DNA of 64,000 nt, taken from IMG/VR virus record IMGVR_UViG_3300044977_000123, positions 1-64,000 of that record. One strand, written 5' to 3'. Position 1 is the first letter of the stretch, and each line of letters starts with the position of its first letter. The position numbers and the translations under genes were made by a program. Positions 61,340 to 64,000 of the stretch are shown piece after piece. The DNA comes from a virus. The notes beneath the pieces are model-generated. The model made no database searches and was not told the origin of the DNA. It saw only the letters and a program-made list of their open reading frames with translations.

Positions 61340-62047
61340 ATGCCCGTGCTCAACGTCTGCCCCGGAAGCCACAACAACGCGTGGAGGAAGGCCGAAGCCG
61401 CCGGCGAACCCCACGACCTCACCCCCACCTGGGGAACACCCTTGCACTGCTTGACGTGCATGGGCCGCGCCTACCACCAGCTCTGCGAACTCCCCGAACT
61501 CCTCGCCGCCGTCTGGCTGGAGGCCATCAACGGCACCCGCGCCGGCGACAAGGTCGGGACGATCGGCCGCGCACCCGAAGCCACGTGGCCCGGCCAGTCC
61601 GCGAGGCTGATGACGGACCTCATCGTGGGCGGCCTCGTCGAGCTCGAAGACGACCTGCGGGACCTTCGGCACCTCAATGTGCGCCCCGACCGTGGACGCG
61701 AGGGCCAGACCGTGTCCGGTGCAGTGACGTTTCTCCTCACGCACCTCGACTGGGCCCTCACCCACCACCCCGCCGCGACCGAGACCCACGACCGGGACTC
61801 CGCGAACCCGGCCAGCCAGATCAGCTACTGGAACCGGGCGGCGACCCGGTTCACCCGGCGCGACCAGCTCCGCGTGCAGATGGCCGCACCGTGCCCGAAG
61901 TGCGCACTCCGATCGCTGGCCCACGTCGACGGCGAGGACTACATCTCGTGCGGCAACCCGCTCTGCGAGAACCTGATGACCGAGTCCGAGTACGAGGACT
62001 GGTCGCAGCAGGTCGCCAAGGAGGAACACATCAAGCTCGTGGCTTGA
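61340..62047 (+). CDS. phage protein with C-terminal Zn ribbon (late-regulator-like position)
   Basis: RBS GGGGAG; C..C and PCPKC...ISC...C. Confidence 0.65.
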   Translation: MPVLNVCPGSHNNAWRKAEAAGEPHDLTPTWGTPLHCLTCMGRAYHQLCELPELLAAVWLEAINGTRAGDKVGTIGRAPEATWPGQSARLMTDLIVGGLVELEDDLRDLRHLNVRPDRGREGQTVSGAVTFLLTHLDWALTHHPAATETHDRDSANPASQISYWNRAATRFTRRDQLRVQMAAPCPKCALRSLAHVDGEDYISCGNPLCENLMTESEYEDWSQQVAKEEHIKLVA

Positions 62048-62099
62048 CGAAACGATCTAGGGGTGGAACGCTTTCAACCGCGACCCCATGCCCTGAATC

Positions 62100-62123
62100 A
62101 GGCCCCGTCATTTGCGGGGCCTT
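62100..62123 (+). terminator. hairpin
   Basis: AGGCCCCG...CGGGGCCTT. Confidence 0.5.
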
Positions 62124-62148
62124 CGTCATGTCCAGGGGGTGGCATCCC

Positions 62149-62361
62149 ATGGTCATCCTCGAAGGCGACCTCACGGCGATCACCTGGACGACAAGGCAGG
62201 CGGCCGAAGCCGCAGGCGTCGACCAGGCGCGGATCCGCAAGTGGGCGTTCCGTGGCAAGCTCGCGCCCGTCAACCCCCACGCCGTTCACCCGCGCTACCG
62301 GGCCCTGGACGTTCTGCGGGTCGAAGCCGAGATGAGCGGGCGTATCCCGGTCGCCGCCTGA
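62149..62361 (+). CDS. MerR-like HTH DNA-binding protein
   Basis: TTRQAAEAAGV..ARIRKWAFRGKL...RYRALDV. Confidence 0.75.
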   Translation: MVILEGDLTAITWTTRQAAEAAGVDQARIRKWAFRGKLAPVNPHAVHPRYRALDVLRVEAEMSGRIPVAA

Positions 62362-62563
62362 CCCCTACTCTCCCTGCTGCTGCGCTATGCGCCGGCGGGG
62401 CCCGGACCCGTGTCGAGGGTCGCGGGAAGCTCGCGGTCCTGATCGGCCCCCCAGTCGGGGCCGCGAGTCCAAGCGTGACCGTGCGTCCCGCCGCTGTTGC
62501 CGGTCTTGGGAAGAGTGGACGCAAGGCACCCGGGGCGACTCGGGTGCCACCACGACGAAGGCG

Positions 62564-63319
62564 GTGACCGTGCGTTTCCTTCATCGTGCCCGCCAGGAGT
62601 TCTGGTGGTTCGCCGAGCAGCACGCTGGTCGCTTGTGGCTCCGGGTTTGCCCTGATGGCGTGTCGTGCTGGCTGGACTGGCTGCCCTCGTTCTGCCTGAG
62701 CCGACGGTATGCGGCAGAGCGGGCGCTCAACCCGGAGCTGTTCGAGGGGCGGTGACCATGCCTGTCACCCGCGTCCTGGTCTGGTGCGACTGCGACCACC
62801 CACTGGATGAGCACCGCTCGAACAGCGGTCCGTGCATGGGTGTCGACGCCTACGGCTATCCGTGCGAGTGCAGGTCGTTCGAGCCGATCACCAACGACAG
62901 TCCGGAGCCCGCAGCTTGACCGACGACGACCCGATGCGCGCCCTCGTCAGCCCGTTTGTCCACCCCGACGACTTCGATCCGATCTTCGGCCGGTGCTCCC
63001 GCTGCGGTGGCGACGCCATCTTGATCGAGACCGGCTGGCATCACGACGGCAAAGGCTGCGACCCGCGCAAAGCCGAGGCCGCGCAGTTCATCCCCGACGC
63101 ACCGGAGGGCTGATTGCCATGGCCGAGCTGAAGTCGATCAGCGTCCGCTGCCCGGCCTGTGGCGTACAGGTCGAGCTTCCCGCGCGCCTGTGCCTTTCGT
63201 CGAACCACGCGGACCCGGTGGCTGACCTGACCGTCGACCTGGATCCGGTCCGCGCCCACGCAGCCGAGCACGCCGAGGTGCTGCCCGCAGCCCTCGCGCA
63301 CTTCGGCGTCCCCTGGTAG
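62564..63319 (+). other. small genes: 62564-62755, 62758-62919, 62916-63113, 63119-63319
   Basis: closely spaced Cys-containing ORFs. Confidence 0.5.
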
Positions 63320-63341
63320 CCCTCACCCTCGAAGGACCCGC

Positions 63342-63662
63342 ATGTCCGAGCACAAGCACGCCCACCCGCACGTGACTCCGACGCAGCCCGTGCCGACGGT
63401 GGGCCGTGTCGTCCACTACGTCAGCCATGGCAGCCCGGTACTTCCGGACGGCTCGCAGATGTACCGGCCCGAGTGCCGGGCCGCGATCGTCACCGAGGTC
63501 GGCGACTGGCCCGAGGGCATCAGCGAGGCCGACCGCAGCAACATCGCCGTCCCGGTCGGTCTGTGCGTGCTCAACCCGACCGGCCAGTTCTTCCTGCAGG
63601 GCGCGATGCAGAGCGAGATCGGCCACGAAGGTGGCAGCTGGCACTGGCCCGAGAGGGTCTGA
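63342..63662 (+). CDS. phage hypothetical protein
   Basis: PTVGRVVHYVSHG...CRAAIVTEV...WHWPERV motif. Confidence 0.75.
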   Translation: MSEHKHAHPHVTPTQPVPTVGRVVHYVSHGSPVLPDGSQMYRPECRAAIVTEVGDWPEGISEADRSNIAVPVGLCVLNPTGQFFLQGAMQSEIGHEGGSWHWPERV

Positions 63663-63787
63663 CGCCTCAACCCAACTTCCCGCTGCGCCCTGCGCATCCG
63701 GGTCTTCAGCGTGCGCGCGGTCCCTGGTTGGGGAACTGCGGCGACCGCGCGCACCCAGTTCCCCCGCAGTTCCCCGAGGAGAAGATC

Positions 63788-64000
63788 ATGCCCACCCGCT
63801 CCCAGCGCCGCGCCGATTCCCGCGACGAGGCCCGCGCCAACCCGATCCCGCCCCGGCCGCGCAGCCACGGTGACGTCGGCCTCGCCGTCCACGCCCCGCG
63901 CCGCATGCCCGTCCGACCGCCGTCCGAGCGGTCCGGGCAGACGCGGCGCAACACCAAGCGGACGGCCCGCGCCGAGTACTGGCGGACCGTCATTGTGCAG
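63788..64000 (+). CDS. basic hypothetical protein (runs off the window)
   Basis: RBS GAGGA, ATG at 63788. Confidence 0.4.
   Translation, partial: MPTRSQRRADSRDEARANPIPPRPRSHGDVGLAVHAPRRMPVRPPSERSGQTRRNTKRTARAEYWRTVIVQ

Overview
High-GC actinobacterial (Streptomycetaceae-like) mobile DNA with no core housekeeping genes, and no capsid, terminase, tail or integrase gene visible in this window. (A) 1-24.9 kb: rightward phage-type early/middle arm. It carries RusA, a ParB-like protein, a replication initiator with 5 internal iterons plus a degenerate DnaB C-terminal domain, an HNH protein, a PP2C phosphatase, a SLOG protein and dozens of translationally coupled small, often Cys-rich ORFs. (B) 24.9-26.7 kb: convergence zone with a LexA-box gene and a lipoprotein. 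(C) 26.7-40.3 kb: a second, leftward early arm with its own initiator (4 different iterons), a full-length DnaB, a sigma-like protein, an LPD29-like protein, an RNA-ligase chimera and an orphan FxSxx-COOH RiPP precursor. It starts at a divergent Xis/XRE-repressor switch (40.1-41.0 kb). (D) 41.0-46.6 kb: an HTH-TPR (NsdA-like) regulator, an RmlB-DegT-formyltransferase operon and a MurG-like glycosyltransferase, i.e. a candidate formamido-sugar cassette. (E) 48-55 kb: Streptomyces-type conjugation module with Spd-like proteins, TraB/FtsK and a mirror-symmetric, 11-bp-periodic GACCCG clt array. (F) 55-64 kb: more small ORFs, three tandem Y RNAs (one holds all four arms of a circularly permuted tRNA-Asn) in front of a Ro60/TROVE gene, then phage late-regulator-like genes and a possible structured RNA. 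All family calls come from motif recognition by eye; no database search was run.
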